The notes beneath the pieces were generated by a model. The model had not been told where the DNA came from and ran no database searches. It saw nothing but the letters and a program-made list of their open reading frames with translations. The translations under genes were made by a program, and so were the position numbers. Shown here in pieces: positions 1 to 15,000 of a DNA stretch of 64,000 nucleotides. The stretch is from Owenia fusiformis. Lineage: Eukaryota. The first letter of the stretch is position 1. Each line of letters opens with the position of its first letter. The stretch covers positions 16,678,001 to 16,742,000 of the forward strand of contig CAIIXF020000001.1 of assembly GCA_903813345.2 (NCBI GenBank), read 5' to 3'.

Positions 1-60
1 GCCCAGCGAATTAAAGTGCCCAGCGAATTATTTAATATTTCTGTCGTGCTTTATTTACAG

Positions 61-3000
61 AGTTGGCACGTAAAGTAACCGAAATGAAGGCAAAGAAGAG
101 GGAGCAGAAACAACGACAGATAGATGAACAGAGACGGCAGAGACACGAGAGAGGTAGGATCATTTCTAAAGAATGATATCTTGTTATGTCGTGCAACTTC
201 TATGGGAAGAATGGGAACAAAGTGATATGTATGGGATCACTTCTAAAACATGGGGACAAGTTGATAGGTTGACTTCTAAATAAATTATGGGGACATCAGT
301 ATTGCTGACTACAAGGAATGGGGTGTTAAAATGGTACAGATACCACAGTGGCTAAACATTGTTTTTATATACATTGGCTTGATCTATCAGCTGTTGCAGA
401 GAGACAACAAAAAGAGCAAATGAAACAATTGAAGATACAAGAAAAGCTGAAGAGGCAAGAGGCACTAAGGTTGGAGAGAGAAATGAGAGCTCATCAACTT
501 TTAGAGGTATGTGACTTTTATTAACAAGAGCATTTGTAACTAACATATCAGAACTTAGTTTTACTTTTGATTCCCATGAAGAGCATTGCCTTGTAGAGAG
601 TGCAAATATTTTTACCATTTTCAAAATCCGATTTAGTTTTGGTAAGAATTCAGTAACCTTGACCTATTACTTATAGTTAGTATTGTATAATTTTTTCATA
701 AGCTTCCCCCATATTAATCCAGTGGATAATGCTAGAAATGTTTTAAAATGTGTGCTTTATATGTAGAGGCTTGTAGTTAATATGACAATGTATCAAGAAT
801 GTATAATATACAAACATGTAATGTGCTTTAAGTAGTGTGTAGAATATGGCCCTAGATCAGTCATTGCAACACTTCATCCCATCATTTGCTGATGTAGAAT
901 TTATTAAATCACATAAAACTTTGGCCCATCGAGTTCATTTTGCAATATGCAAGAGCAGTAATATTTACAAGGCGAGAACAAACTTCAGATGATAAAATAT
1001 ACTCATTTTATCCTCATTTTTGCATTGATTACACAAGTGTAACTTAATGTATTTTAGATTCAGTCCCATCACTTATGGTACTCCCCTCGTATTAGACAAA
1101 ATTATTACACAAATGAGTTAAGTTGAAAATTAAAAGCTTTTCACTTTTACATGAATTTGGGGCTACCAAATGTTTAATCTTAAAAAACATTTTAGCCACG
1201 GTGTTGGGTTCTGTTTTAACATTGCTTTTTATATTGTACTTACATAGTCAACTAACAACTTAAATCTTTAAGGTTTTGTAGTTGGGGATATAAAAACAAT
1301 GAGTAACATTTGCTTAATCGTTTATTATGATCATCTTTGAAGCTGAATTTTATGTACTGGTACATTCTTTGGTGTATGTCATCTCGAACACGGGCATCCA
1401 TCCGTTACAATCATCTGACAGTGGAAAAGGATAATTCTCAACTGAACCAAATGAAACATAATACAAGGGATTTTTGACTTTTGTTACAAGGGGGGGGGTC
1501 AGTGTTTGAATTTGTTAAACATACAGGCTTTTTGTATAGATTCAACTTCAAACCAAGGTGTATTGTAGGATGAAAATACCTCTTTTGTTTGCTTAATAGA
1601 GATCAACTTCTCTGAGACATTTCTCTAAACAGAGTGTAACCAATTGGATGGATGCGTTGTATTGTCCATTATAATCGTCCCCATTTTTTGTGCTGGAATT
1701 TTGCTTTGGATTTATTTGGTTGTATTTTTCTTTGCTCTGTCCTCCTGCTTACGCTGCATGCTGCATGTGTAGAAGCGACGTCTCAAGAAAGAGTTGATAG
1801 AGAGAGCAAAAGAAGAGGATATGATGAAAAAAATGAAGGTGGGTATTTGTATTGTATTGCTGTACAGCCTGGCGATAGTGTTATTTATTCAATGTTGGAA
1901 CCCTCGGGGAGGGGGGATAGTATAGGACACTGAAACATCAGTACATGAACAACATTTTTTCTATCACAATTTCTCTTGAATATATCATCAACATTAAAAC
2001 TCCTTTCCAATCCAGTAGTCAGTCTGGTGCACAGATTCAGGAAAATATGGCCAAATACTTTATCGTTCCATGTAAATGCAAATAGAGGTGTCACCTGCTG
2101 AAGGGGCATTTTTAAGACTGTGAGACACTTCTACAATTCTATATAACAACAAAGTAGTTCTTTATTTAACTGATATTAATCTATGCACCATGTATATTTC
2201 ACATGTACAAACTGTAACCTCTCATCTTATATTTTAAACCACTGTAGTTGCTTTGTAGAAAAAGGCTATGGAATAATACAACATTTTTGTAATTGTAGTG
2301 CTTATCATTTCTTCGACGTTATATGTGTTATACATTATGTTTACTTGTGCCAGCTATACACATTTGAACCACATATTATTCATCTGTGACACAAATGTGA
2401 TATTAATGTGTTACATTGGACATTGATGTGTGACACATGTAATATTAAAGTGTAACATTTTTACTTACCTGTAACACACATAATATTAACACGAAACATA
2501 CATGTGACACATGAAGTATTTATGTGTAACACATGATATTTACCTGGGACACATGTGACATTAAAGTGTAACGCATGATATTTACATGTGACACACATGA
2601 TATTAAAGTGTAACACACGTAATATTTACCTGTGACTTGTGTATATGGCATGTTATGATCTGGTTTCAGGAGAGGGAAGTCAAGCGACAACAAGCAATGA
2701 TGCTCAAAGAACAGGTATTACTATAATCAGTGTATGATTTTATTTTGCATTCGACTTGCTTAAAATATCACTTGTCATGCTTAATTGATGCAATTAGTGA
2801 TTTTTATGTCACCACCAGAAGTGGTGACATATTGTTATGGTCTCCAACTTTTGTAGACAGTGTTCGGTACTTGGTGTTCCGTGTTTGCCACTTGGCATTT
2901 AACATTTGTAACAAAGGGCAGGTGGTGACATTTTGCATTTTAATGCCTTGTCTCTTTTTATACAATAAAAATGCTGATTAGAACAATATTTGGTTCCTCT

Positions 3001-6000
3001 CTATTTCATCAATTTTCTGCAATTAAGTTCATGACCTTGTGATATTTTGGCCACAGTTTAAAGAACTATTCTTGCATGTGTATGTAAAAGTTAAACATCC
3101 ATGATTGATTGATTGATTGATTATAAGATTTTCAATGATGGTGTTTTTGAGTTATTGACTAGTGACTCAACTATTTGCCACTGGAACTTACAGTATAAAT
3201 ACTATCTTCTGGCTAAGTACTGCACCTTTGATGCTTTGAAGCATGCTCACATTTGATGTCTGAGCTTTCTGCAAGAGAATCCAAGCATATTTTTAATCTG
3301 CTGAAAATTCTAATGAGCTTTGTCATAACTCTTAACTTGATTGATGCGAGTTGACACAAAATAGAATAATTTAAATTCACGGGAACATTCATTGATCCAA
3401 GAAATTCAAGGGATAAAGAGTTAAATATGTTAGAAAACGAAAACTTCGCATGTTTGAAAATATTGTTATATGTGCCCATGTTATTTTCAAAATAAAGCAT
3501 GAAAACATGGGTGTGTTTCCTTCTTTTACTGGAAAGCATCATTGTAGCATCCAGTGTAAGGTAAATTGGAAATGAAGGTAGTCTAATGTTTTGAGATACT
3601 ACACCCCCAAAATGCAATCTGACCAAATGGACTGACTAGTCCGGTGGCAAATTTTGGTGTCGAAAGGTTTCGGTGCCGGAACGGTGTCGAAATGGTGCCG
3701 GAACAGCGCCGAATGTTTTCGATGCCAAACGGCGCCAAATTATATTGGCTGTGTAGGAGAACAAATATAGTTTGAATGTTTTTTCATAAAATATCATTCT
3801 TTTTTGAGTTGGCATTGACCCCTTACCAGATTTACCAAAACAGGAGTGAAAGGATACTTTCCTGAAAAAGTGGGGAAATACAAACATGTCTTTATAGTTT
3901 ATTTTGAAAATAATGTGGGATAGTATAGCCATATGTCAGATTAAGAAAATAACTGGAAAACAAATCAACTTGAAGTAAGAAGGTCATGGGATGAAAGTGC
4001 TATTTAACTTGATTAAGATTCACCCAATGATAACAATTTTGTAAATGTGCCCTCCTTATATAAGACATGTGTGCTATAGCGTTGTTTTGTGATTTTCTTG
4101 CTGTATGCTGCTCAGGAACGCGAGCGGCGCAAGCACATGATGGTCATGGTAGGACTGGTAAGTTCTCGTATATATGGTAGTCTTCATTGCAGTTATAACA
4201 ACATGTAGCACATGCAATATCATCATTTATCACACGCTAAATGAGAATTATGCCATCTGATTGGTCATATACTATATGTTGCATCAAAACCTCCCTTTAG
4301 CACCCTTGTACATGTAATAATATGAGATAAAAGAAATATGAGGGTCATGGGTTAATATAAGTCACTGATTTTCTGCAAGTTATATCTCCACTTGCCCTAT
4401 TTAGGGGAATAGTTCAGAAATATTGAATAGTAAGTTTTTGTTCATGACTAATTAATTCACAAATGCTTGGACATGGGTAATTGAAATGGTTAAGAGCCTG
4501 ATTAACTGTACCACCTGAACATATGGGTTTTTAACTTTTTATCACCAACGAATTATTTTTGTGAAGTTCAAATAAGATATTTTCCTGATAATTTTTCTGT
4601 ACACAAAACAAGCAAGAAATATTTTATGTTCATGATGATAATTCATGTTAAAGACTGATGCTTAATAATTGAGGATATCGAGGTTCAGTATTATTCAATT
4701 GGCACCAATTATTGAGCTGATATCTTTAATAATGTGACCTGCATGAATCCTTTGTAGGGTTAACCCTTGCATGTCTGGCTGAATCCTCTCGCCAGTGTTC
4801 AATGTTTCCTCACATGGGCAGATTAGGAGGAGGTTAAGGGTTAAACTTTCTAAAGATGGACCAAAACAAATCTTAATACTATTACCAATTCTCAGATATG
4901 CCCTCCTCGTCCTTTATCTTAATCTATTATTAACTAATTGTCCTGATAATCCTTCATATCAGTTGGGGAATCACCTATTTTAACTATTTTCTTAATAACG
5001 TCCCTCGTCTGTTGGTGATTGGTCAATGAATAACATAGAAAAAACATTGAAAGTGAGGAATATCAATCGATACCAACTGGTTTTAAAATTGGTTCCAATA
5101 AACATGAAAAGGACCACTGGTCATTCTAGAGAGGAAAAAATTTCAACTGGTCATCTGTGAGAAGATACAATTGTCTGACTAAGCAAAAATTCAGTTAACT
5201 GTCAAACTAAGCTTGTTCATAGTTGGACTAAGCTTACTGTTCAATCGGCAGACAACTAAGCTTGCTCATCGTTGGACTAAGCTTACTGTTCAACTGGCAA
5301 ACAACCAAGCTTGCTCATCGTTGGACTAAGCTTACTGTTCAACTGGCAAACAACCAAGCTTGCTCATCATCGGACTAAGCTTACTGTTCAACTGGCAAAC
5401 AACCAAGTTTGCTCATCGTTGGACTTAGCTTACTGTTCAACTCACAGACAACCAAGCTTGCTCATCGTTGGACTAAGCTTACTGTTCAACTCGCAGACAA
5501 CAAAGCTTGCTCATCGTTGGACTAAGCTTACTGTTCAACTGGCAGACAACTAAGCTTGCTCATCGTTGGACTAAGCTTACTGTTCAACTGGCAGACAACC
5601 AAGCTTGCTCATCGTTGGACTAAGCTTACTGTTCAACTGGCAGACAACTAAGCTTGCTCATAGTTGGACTAAGCTTACTGTTCAACTGGCAGACAACTAA
5701 GCTTGCTCATCGTTGGACTACACTTACTGTTCAGCTGGCAGACAACTAAGCTTGCTCATCGTTGGACTAAGCTTACTGTTCAACTGGCAGACAACTAAGC
5801 TTGCTCATCGTTGGACTAAGCTTACTGTTCAACTGGTAGACAACTAAGCTTGCTCATCGTTGGACTAAGCTTACTGTTCAACTGGCAGACAACTAAGCTT
5901 GCTCATCGTTGGTCCAAGCTTACTGTTCAACTGGCAGATAACTAAGCTTGCTCATCGTTGGACTAAGCTTACTGTTCAACTGGCAGACAACTAAGCTTGC

Positions 6001-9000
6001 TCATCGTTGGACTAAGCTTACTGTTCAACTGGCAGACAACTAAGCTTGCTCATCGTTGGACCAAGCTTACTGTTCAACTGGCAGACAACTAAGCTTGCTC
6101 ATCGTTGGACTAAGCTTACTGTTCAACTGGCAGACAACTAAGCTTGCTCATCGTTGGACTAAGCTTACTGTTCAACTGGCAGACAACTAAGCTTGTTCAT
6201 CGTAGGACTAAGCTTACTGTTCAACTGGCAGACAACTAAGCTTGCTCATCGTTGGACTACGCTTAGTGTTCAACTGGCAGACAACCAAGCTTGCTCATCA
6301 TTGGACTAAGCTTACTGTTCAACTGGCAGACAACTAAGCTTGCTCATCATTGGACTAAGCTTACTGTTCAACTGGCAGACAACTAAGCTTGCTCATCGTT
6401 GGACTAAGCTTGCTGTTCAACTGGCAGACAACTAAGCTTGCTCATCGTTGGACTAAGCTTACTGTTCAACTGGCAGACAACTAAGATTGCTCAACTGTCA
6501 GACTTTATATTATCAAGTTTATACCTCAAATGGATAACCAGTAATTGATACTTTTGGTTTTCCTTGTTATTACTTGTTTTTTCTCAACACCAGTAAATTG
6601 TGCAGGCTTCAACCAGGGCTCCTTCCCTATAACATGGTAAAGCCTTATCTAATCTGCTTTAGCATTCTCTTATAATCATCACCATTTACATGTTTTTTAA
6701 TTGATTTAAAGTTAAGTATTGGTTCAAGTATTGGTTTAACCATTGTTAGGCTTGTCTAGATGTTTTTTATGTCACCACCAGAAATGGTGACATATTGTTT
6801 TAGTCTTCAACTTTTTTATGGACAGTGTTTAGTGTTTGACACATGGTAATCGGCATTTGGTGTCTGTAACAAATGGCAGGTGGTGATATTTTGCATTTTA
6901 ATGCCTTGTTAGTGCTTAATGTTATTATAAATACTCATGAGGTAGTGCAGATGTTGTTTGCTTCTGTTATATCAGTGATCCTCATAACATTAAAGCAATC
7001 GGCATGGAAAAATTAAATATGATGTCACACCCAGTTTTGAATACCCATGTAATATGGAGTATAATGATACTTGGAAGGATTTTAGTCAAAATTGATGTTC
7101 TCAATATTTGACGTTTCTACCAGTAGAATTGTATTTCATGTAATATCTTGATGAAAATATAACACACTCTAATCATTCATCTCAGGAATTTTGGGAGAAC
7201 ATGATGAATATCATTATATTACATGAAAAATGCTCTGCTCTTTGCTTAGAGCCAGCTTGGTTGTTCGAAGATCACCACTGTTCATCTGCTCAGCTTATTT
7301 GCTTACAGTCATTGTTGTGGCATCATCGTGTCTGTATGTATGGATGTCTTTTGATCAACTGATATGTGTCTATAAATTGTTACAGGAGCGGGAACGTAGA
7401 AGACAACATCTGTTGCTGGTGAAGGCTCTGGAGGCCAGGAAGAAACAAGAGGTTAGTGTGTTCATCTATATTGTACATAACATACTGTATTGAGAATTCT
7501 AAAGGGTAAAGGGTATCAGGCAAATGCTGGATCCTTTCAAATTGGAATATGATGAGAATAAGTCCAATTTTCAGGATGTGTCTCATTTTTCTAAAAAAAA
7601 AATGATTTGATTGGAAAATTTATAGTTTCTTATAACTTATCTTTTACTTATATGTTTATAAATCATTTTATTTAGCCTACAATTTACCTCATTGTATTTT
7701 GTATACTCCCATTCCTCATCATATGATTCTGTAATGTAATGTAAATAATTGCCAGTCCATTATTTGTCCAAAATATTCTCAGACTAATCATTTCTTAGCA
7801 AGTAAACATTCAAAAAATCTCTTTCTTTAATCTTTGTCTCTCTTGCAAAAACTACATTAATGTTGTATACTTCATTCATCTTGTAGGATCGTGAGAAGCA
7901 GAAGGAGGAGAAGCGTATGGAAAAGCAGATCTGTAGGGAGAAAAAGATGGAGCAGAGACGTATGGAGATCCAAATGGCACATGAAATGAAGAAACCAATC
8001 GATGATCTCCAGCTTAAAGATCTTAAGGTATCTTGTATAACTATTTAATACACATATTGTGGCATATAAAAGAGTTCATCGAGGAATCATACATGTAAAT
8101 GCAGCATTTGAAAAACCTCGAAGCGAAACTCAGTTTGCATGGCCTAATCTGTTTTACATACAAAATATGAACAGATGGAATTTTCTGTGGATGTGGGATT
8201 GTCATTATGTAACGCACCTAATTGGTATAATTCATTCATTTAATCATCTTTTCCAAAACAGAATAACATGTGCTAAGGAACAGGATTCTCTGGTCGCATA
8301 GAAAATTAAAATCTAAAAATATTTAAGTTATCAGTCAAATTAATGAAAATGTAAGGACCCAGGCTTCATATGTTTCTTTTGATTTCAGCCATTGCCAAGT
8401 TTTGATCGTATCCCAGGAGTGAAGCTTGCTGGGAAGGCATTCTCCAATTGCCTCATGGTTGTTGAGTTCATGCACAATTTCTCTGCAGCCCTTGGATTAT
8501 GTAAGTTCACACATTTGTTATTATCGATGTCACCACCACAAATTGTTATGGTCTCCAATTTTTGTGTGGATGGTGTTTGGTGTTCAGTGATTGGTGTTCG
8601 GCGTTCAGCGTCTGTAAGAAATAGTAGATGGTGACATTTTGAATGTTAATGCCTGGTACACTATGCATTGATAATCCATAGGGAGTGGTGTGGATTGCCA
8701 AATATACAAGTGGGTTGCAATATTTCAAAACATTAAAGTGATTTTTGTCCATAATACTGGTCAATGATACATGAGTGAGATAAGTTCATGATTTTGTATT
8801 AGTTATGTACTCATGTACAGCATCTTACCATAAGTAAATAATTCTTTCCATCCGCCGTGTCCTTTGACTTTCATTGTTCATTGCTTGTTTTGTAACATTC
8901 AATGAATAAGTTATACGGTATTCGACATAAACTAGAAAAAGGATGTAACAATAACAACATCACCATGCACTAAAATTTCAGCTGGACGCACCATTCCATC

Positions 9001-12000
9001 TCTCAACAGCCTCCAGCAAGGCTTGCTCGCTATCAATGATGATGATGTTGCGGAGGTTGTCTCCTTAGTAATGCATCTACTAGGTATAGCTATAGATGAC
9101 CCAGGTGTTCCGAATCCGAAAGAGGTGAGGGATTTGAATGTAAAGTAAAGTAAAAAGTACCACTTGGGGCCCTGCTTTGATACATGTTTATCAGAATTTG
9201 TATGAGAGATGTAACCAATAAATAATATACTTTGACTTGCGTAACTATTTACTCGTAGATTATTATTTTCAAGTATGTATATTTATCATCACTATAAATC
9301 ATAATCAACATAGCATTTTGAATTGAGATTATTTTCTTATTTCATAGGGAATGACAGCTCTTGGTCAGAAAATTGGTGATGTCATATTAGATGAAGAAAA
9401 TCTATCTGAAATTCTACGCATTTTCATAAAATGTCGCCTGGGAAAACTGGCTCCTTTAGCCGAGTTGTTGAAGACAACACCCTTTCAGGCATTGAGCCCA
9501 ACCAGCCAATCAGATATCTTAGGATTCCTATGTGATGAGTTGCTAAGCAACCAAAATGTTCAAGATGCTATTGAGAATTCTATCGAGGCTATGTCAACTA
9601 TGAGGAAGGATAAATGGATTGTGGAAGGAAAGCTTAGAAAGTATGTCAGCTTTATACTTAATGATAATATAGTATCATTACATGACGAGGAATCAAACAT
9701 TTCAAAGTATCACCTTGAATTATTAAATACTATATTTTATAATTAATATATTAAATGCTTTGTCTAAATTCAATTACCATAATACTTTCTTGCATCAAAC
9801 TTTGGATGGAAATTGAAAGTCTGAAATCTCTCAAGCAATGTTTATATCAATTGAAATAAAGATTATCTAGAATCCTCTAAATCTCTGATAGAAGCTTTGA
9901 CCTGTATTATCATTTTCTGCAGATTGAAAACTGTGCAAGGTAGGCGGTTCAACAAGCCAGAGAACAAGGTCAGCGAAAGCTCCATTAATGAAGACAGTTC
10001 TCATGTGGCGACACCTGGTGGGAGTAAACGTGGCAGCGATGATGAGGATGATCAGGAAAGTGGAAATGAGAGTGACATGGGAGGCAATGAGGGAGTCAAC
10101 CAATCAGATGGAGAGGTATGTACGAGTATATATAAATAACAGGGAAGTTGCAATATATTTGAAATACATGTATTCAGGGTAATGTAAAATCTCTCCACCC
10201 TAAAAATAAGAGATTTAAGGATGCTTCCCCTCCCATTAGAAAGGCAAAATCTGGTGCGATTCTACGTAAATCCTGAATGTAAAATTGTAAATCTTATTTT
10301 GGGATTTTTTTCAGGAGGATAACACAGCGACAGCTGAAGATCTTGAGACAAAATTAGAGAAACTGAACAAGCAGCACAGTCAGTTTAGAACCAAAGTCTT
10401 CAATGCCAGTCATAGGTTACGGGGTTTAACATTTGGACAGGATCGTTTTAAGCGCCATTATTGGGTATTGCCTCATTGTGGTGGTATATTTGTCGAGGGG
10501 GCAGAATCTGCAGAAGTGGGAAGTGATACTGATGAATCCAATAATGAATCTGTGAAAACAGACAATATTGTAAAATCGGAAATTAACAAGGAAATAGGTA
10601 ATTCCATTAAACAGGAACCTGGGAATGATGTGAAAATAGACACAGCTATAAAGAAAGAGGTTGATAGTATAAAGGAAGAGAACCAGCCGATTATTCCAGC
10701 AAATTCAGACAATTTATTTAATCATTCGAGTAACTTGGCTAAACTACAGCATATGGTGAATGGTGATATTCCACACTTAAGTCCAAAAATGGAAAAGATT
10801 AAAGAAAATGGACCATTAAATCTGGACAAAGCAGCAATTGACAAATCTCAGAACAATACAAATTCACATGCAGTGAATGGTTTCCCTGTAACTGAGAGTA
10901 TATGTAAGGATGAGCAGTCGCCTTATCATATATCCAAAACAGATAAAGATCAGAGAAATCAGAAACTTTGCTCACTCAATAAATCCAAAGAAAATGATAG
11001 TGACAGTAAGGAAATCCAGGGTGAAAATGGAAGTTCACAAAATGGCACTCCGCAGAAGTCTGAATCAAACTTTATGAACATTGATTCACTGATCCAGAAA
11101 GATTCTCAACAAAACATTTTTGGCAGCAGTTTTATGTCCCCCGATCTCAAAGCTGACCAAACGACAGCTGGACAAATGTTGAAAAATCTAGCCACAAGTC
11201 AGTCAAATCAAAGCTCATGGTTTAGTATTTTACCCAGAATGCCCTGTGATGATAAATCCATAACAACAGGGTCTCTTGGTGTGAATAATACATCGACACC
11301 AAAAGACACCCCTGCAGATAAAACTGTAAAATCTGAACCTCTCATATCTCCATATTTACCTCCCACCCCATACAGTGCGTATCTCCCAAGTCCATCATTT
11401 GCTTCAATGCATATGGCGCAATACAACTCAAATAGCAACTTCAGTATGGGAGAGAACAGTAATAACTCATCTTTCCCGTGTATGCCACTTGATCTCAGCA
11501 TGCCATCCATTTCTGCCCCAGAGACCCCTGATAAAAACAATGTCAATAAAGAGACCCCTGAGAAGCAACAACAGCACAATGCTTCTAGTTTCTTAGATCA
11601 ATCAGGTCTACAAGAGGAAAAGGCTAGACAGTCAGAAGATATGACATCTATCAGTGTACTACAACATGAAAAGCCACAGACTATTCCAATAGGTAGGGAA
11701 CATCTTTAAATAAAACATTCTGAGACATACAATATTAATGTAGGCCTTTACTAGAAAGCCCATAGGAATATGTGATATCCATTGTGCCTGAATCTCTTTA
11801 TTTCTACAGGAATAGAGCTGATTGTGAATACCTTAAAATTGCAAGAATCTCTAATGTGAATTTTTTAGTTTATTTAAGACATAAGTTCACTCAAGAATTG
11901 TTTTAAAATGGAAGTGTTTGACATTCATGTGTATATACCGGACTATTGAGGTATCAGTCAATCCAAATGCAACGTTTGAATGAGGTGTATAACGGATATT

Positions 12001-15000
12001 ATTATTCCAGAACACCAGCATGGATGGTGGCGTATAGCAGACCCCAATCAGCTAAAGGCTGTTCAAAGGTGCATACATCCACGTGGAATACGAGAGAAAA
12101 TTCTGCAGAAAAATATCCAGAAGTACCAAGAGTATGCATATAGTTCCTGTATTACTGCCTCCTCAGAAGGTATGTTGAAATAATCTATTTTGCTTTGATT
12201 ATGTGTTCAATATTTAAAAATATTGGGGTTTTCTAACCAAGGATTTCAAGTCTGTTCTCAAGAGTCACACATGTTCAATGTCTGTGTTCGTACTATGACA
12301 AAAATGGAAAACTTGCATGTTATTTATATATTTACATAATAATATTTATAATCTTAATGTAACAATTACTTCTCATCATCATACTTCATTTATTTTTTAT
12401 TTTATTTATTTTTTTATTTATATTTGTAAAATAATTTGTGTCATGCTTTTTGTAGCCAGTTAGTCATTTTGCAGTCAGATTTGAAGATCAAAAATGTATG
12501 ATATACATGTATATTGAAGGGCATGGCTTCTCATTTCATATTATTTTAACTTTATCAATACTCTTTTTAGTAACTGATCTTAAGATAACAGATATGGACC
12601 GTGAAATATCCCAGAGTGCAACACGTGCCCCTATGCCAGACGGGAAGGATGCAATACATCAGGACATAAAGTTTGACGCAGAGAAATCAGTATTTGAAGA
12701 TATAGAAGATCTTGAAGAAAGAATTTTTACTGCCAGCCTACAAGTAAAAGTAAGTAAAGCAGTGTAATTGAGTATCACCCATCTGTGTACTTCAAGAAAT
12801 TAGGAGGGTATTGGAATAATCATCTCTGAGTGAAAAATCTGTTGAATATTTCTTTTGAGGAGATTGTTAATTAAGAAATATAAACCGAAAAGCAAGGGTA
12901 ATATTGTCGAATACACCCCGCAGGCCTAGGCACAAACGTTTTTTGTTCGAAAGCTTTTGTGCCTAGCCCTAAGGGGTGTATTCGACGATATTACCCCTAC
13001 TCTGAGGTCTATATTATGATTCGAACATGAAAACTCACCAAAATGTTCCGATGGTCCGCCATTACTACAACCCACCGTTATGACGTCACACATTACACGT
13101 ATTACCAGGGGTATTGATCGTGAATATACCCCGGGTGAAATGTTGACTGTTTACAGTTTATAGAAGGCGTGAATACAGTCATGTTCGAATTTCGAATCAT
13201 ACCTTCAGAAAAATATTTTCAGTGTTTATATATTCCCTTGGAATGATCCATCTACTGCTAATTGAAATGTTTTGCAATTCATGTGGATGTTTTTTCAGGG
13301 TTGGAAACTACCTCCAAGGGTCACAGATGAGGAGAAGCTGATACTGGTGCCAAGTGAGAAAGCTCTCAATAGTGAGATTGAACAACACCCACTTGATCAT
13401 GGCAGGGAGCGCCTCTTGGGCCTGGAAGAGAACATAGAACGAAGATACCTCAAGCCACCATTTACTAAAGCGTATGTATCCTATTAATTTTAAAATATGT
13501 GCCTAATAGGATTTCTTCAGGTTACTCTAAGTGGGAATTATACTTCAGAAAAAACATTTTGCCTGTTTCTATACAATTAGAGTATCACTAACATTTACAG
13601 TACAATTGATCTCACCTACATTTACCTTGTGTTACAGTACAACAATTGATCTCTTCTACTTTTACCCTCTTTTACATTAGAACAATTGACCTCATCTGCA
13701 TTTGCCTTGTTTTGCAGTACAACAATTGACCTCATCTACATTTTACATTTACCTTGTTTTGCAGTACAACAATTGACCTCATCTACATTTTACATTTACC
13801 GTGTTTTACAGTACAACAATTGACCTCATCTACATTTTACATTTACCTTGCTTTACAGTACAACAATTGACCTTATCTACATTTTACATTTACCTTGTTT
13901 TACAGTACAACAATTGACCTCATCTACATTTTACATTTACCTTGCTTTACAGTACAACAATTGAGCTCATCTACATTTTATATTTACCTTGTTTTACAGT
14001 ATAACAATTGACCTCAGCTACATTTTACATTTACCTTGTTTTACAGAACAACAATTGACCTCATCTACATTTTACATTTACCTTGTTTTACAGAACAACA
14101 ATTGACCTCATCTACATTTTACATTTACCTTGTTTTACAGTACAACAATTGACCTCATCTACATTTTACATTTACCTTGCTTTACAGTACAACAATTGAC
14201 CTCATCTACATTTTATATTTACCTTGTTTTACAGTACAACAATTGACCTCACAAACATGCAGACAAATCACAGAGCGGAGAAACGGTTAGAAAAGGAACG
14301 TGAACGTGAAGAGAATCATGAAAATACTGAAAGCAATGATGGCAACCCTGAACAAAACAGTGCAAAACTCAAAGACATTCCAAATGCTCTGATTGGTTGG
14401 CGGAATTCTGTTGCCAAGGCTATGAATCCTTCCCAGTTATACATATGTTTCCAGCAACTAAATAAGTCAATAGCATGGGAGAAGTCCATTATGAAAGTGG
14501 TAAGTACATGTTATTCTATGTAGCTATGGCCCTGCATTGGACATCTTGTACAGTTAGTTTCCATACCATTTTAACACTTAATCTTTTACACAGTGCACTA
14601 ACAGAACTTTCAGCAATATCAGTATTACCAATAGATATATTACCGATTAAAGGAATCAATATTTTCTGAAATTCTTTGTTTTTTAGTTATGCCAGATCTG
14701 CTTACGTGACAACAATGAGGCAGAGCTGCTGCTGTGTGACAACTGTGATAAAGGTTACCATACCTACTGTTTTAAGGTATGCACTGTTATGTAGTCTTGC
14801 TGCTAATCTCCCCTGTTGCCTGTTTCTGTACATAGAGTTTTTAAAAGAAGAGTGTGTGTATTTATGAACAAAGTCATGTCCAGTGTGACAAAAAATGAAA
14901 ATTACATTTTAGTATCTTTGAAAATAACTAACTTTTCAACCTCTATCATAGAGACATCAAGAGTAGTGAATTTAGTAATTAGAAAATCAAATGCAAAAGT

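Noticed and set aside
5207-6495. CRISPR-like array
   Set aside because: Units are contiguous with no unique spacers, and the context is a eukaryotic intron; it is a minisatellite
10473-11579. Minus-strand ORFs over the large BAZ2 exon (also those over HELLS and transposase exons)
   Set aside because: Antisense shadows of real coding exons with no independent features
13590-14250. CRISPR-like array or coding repeat
   Set aside because: No spacers, the unit is not a multiple of 3, and it contains a stop in the exon frame
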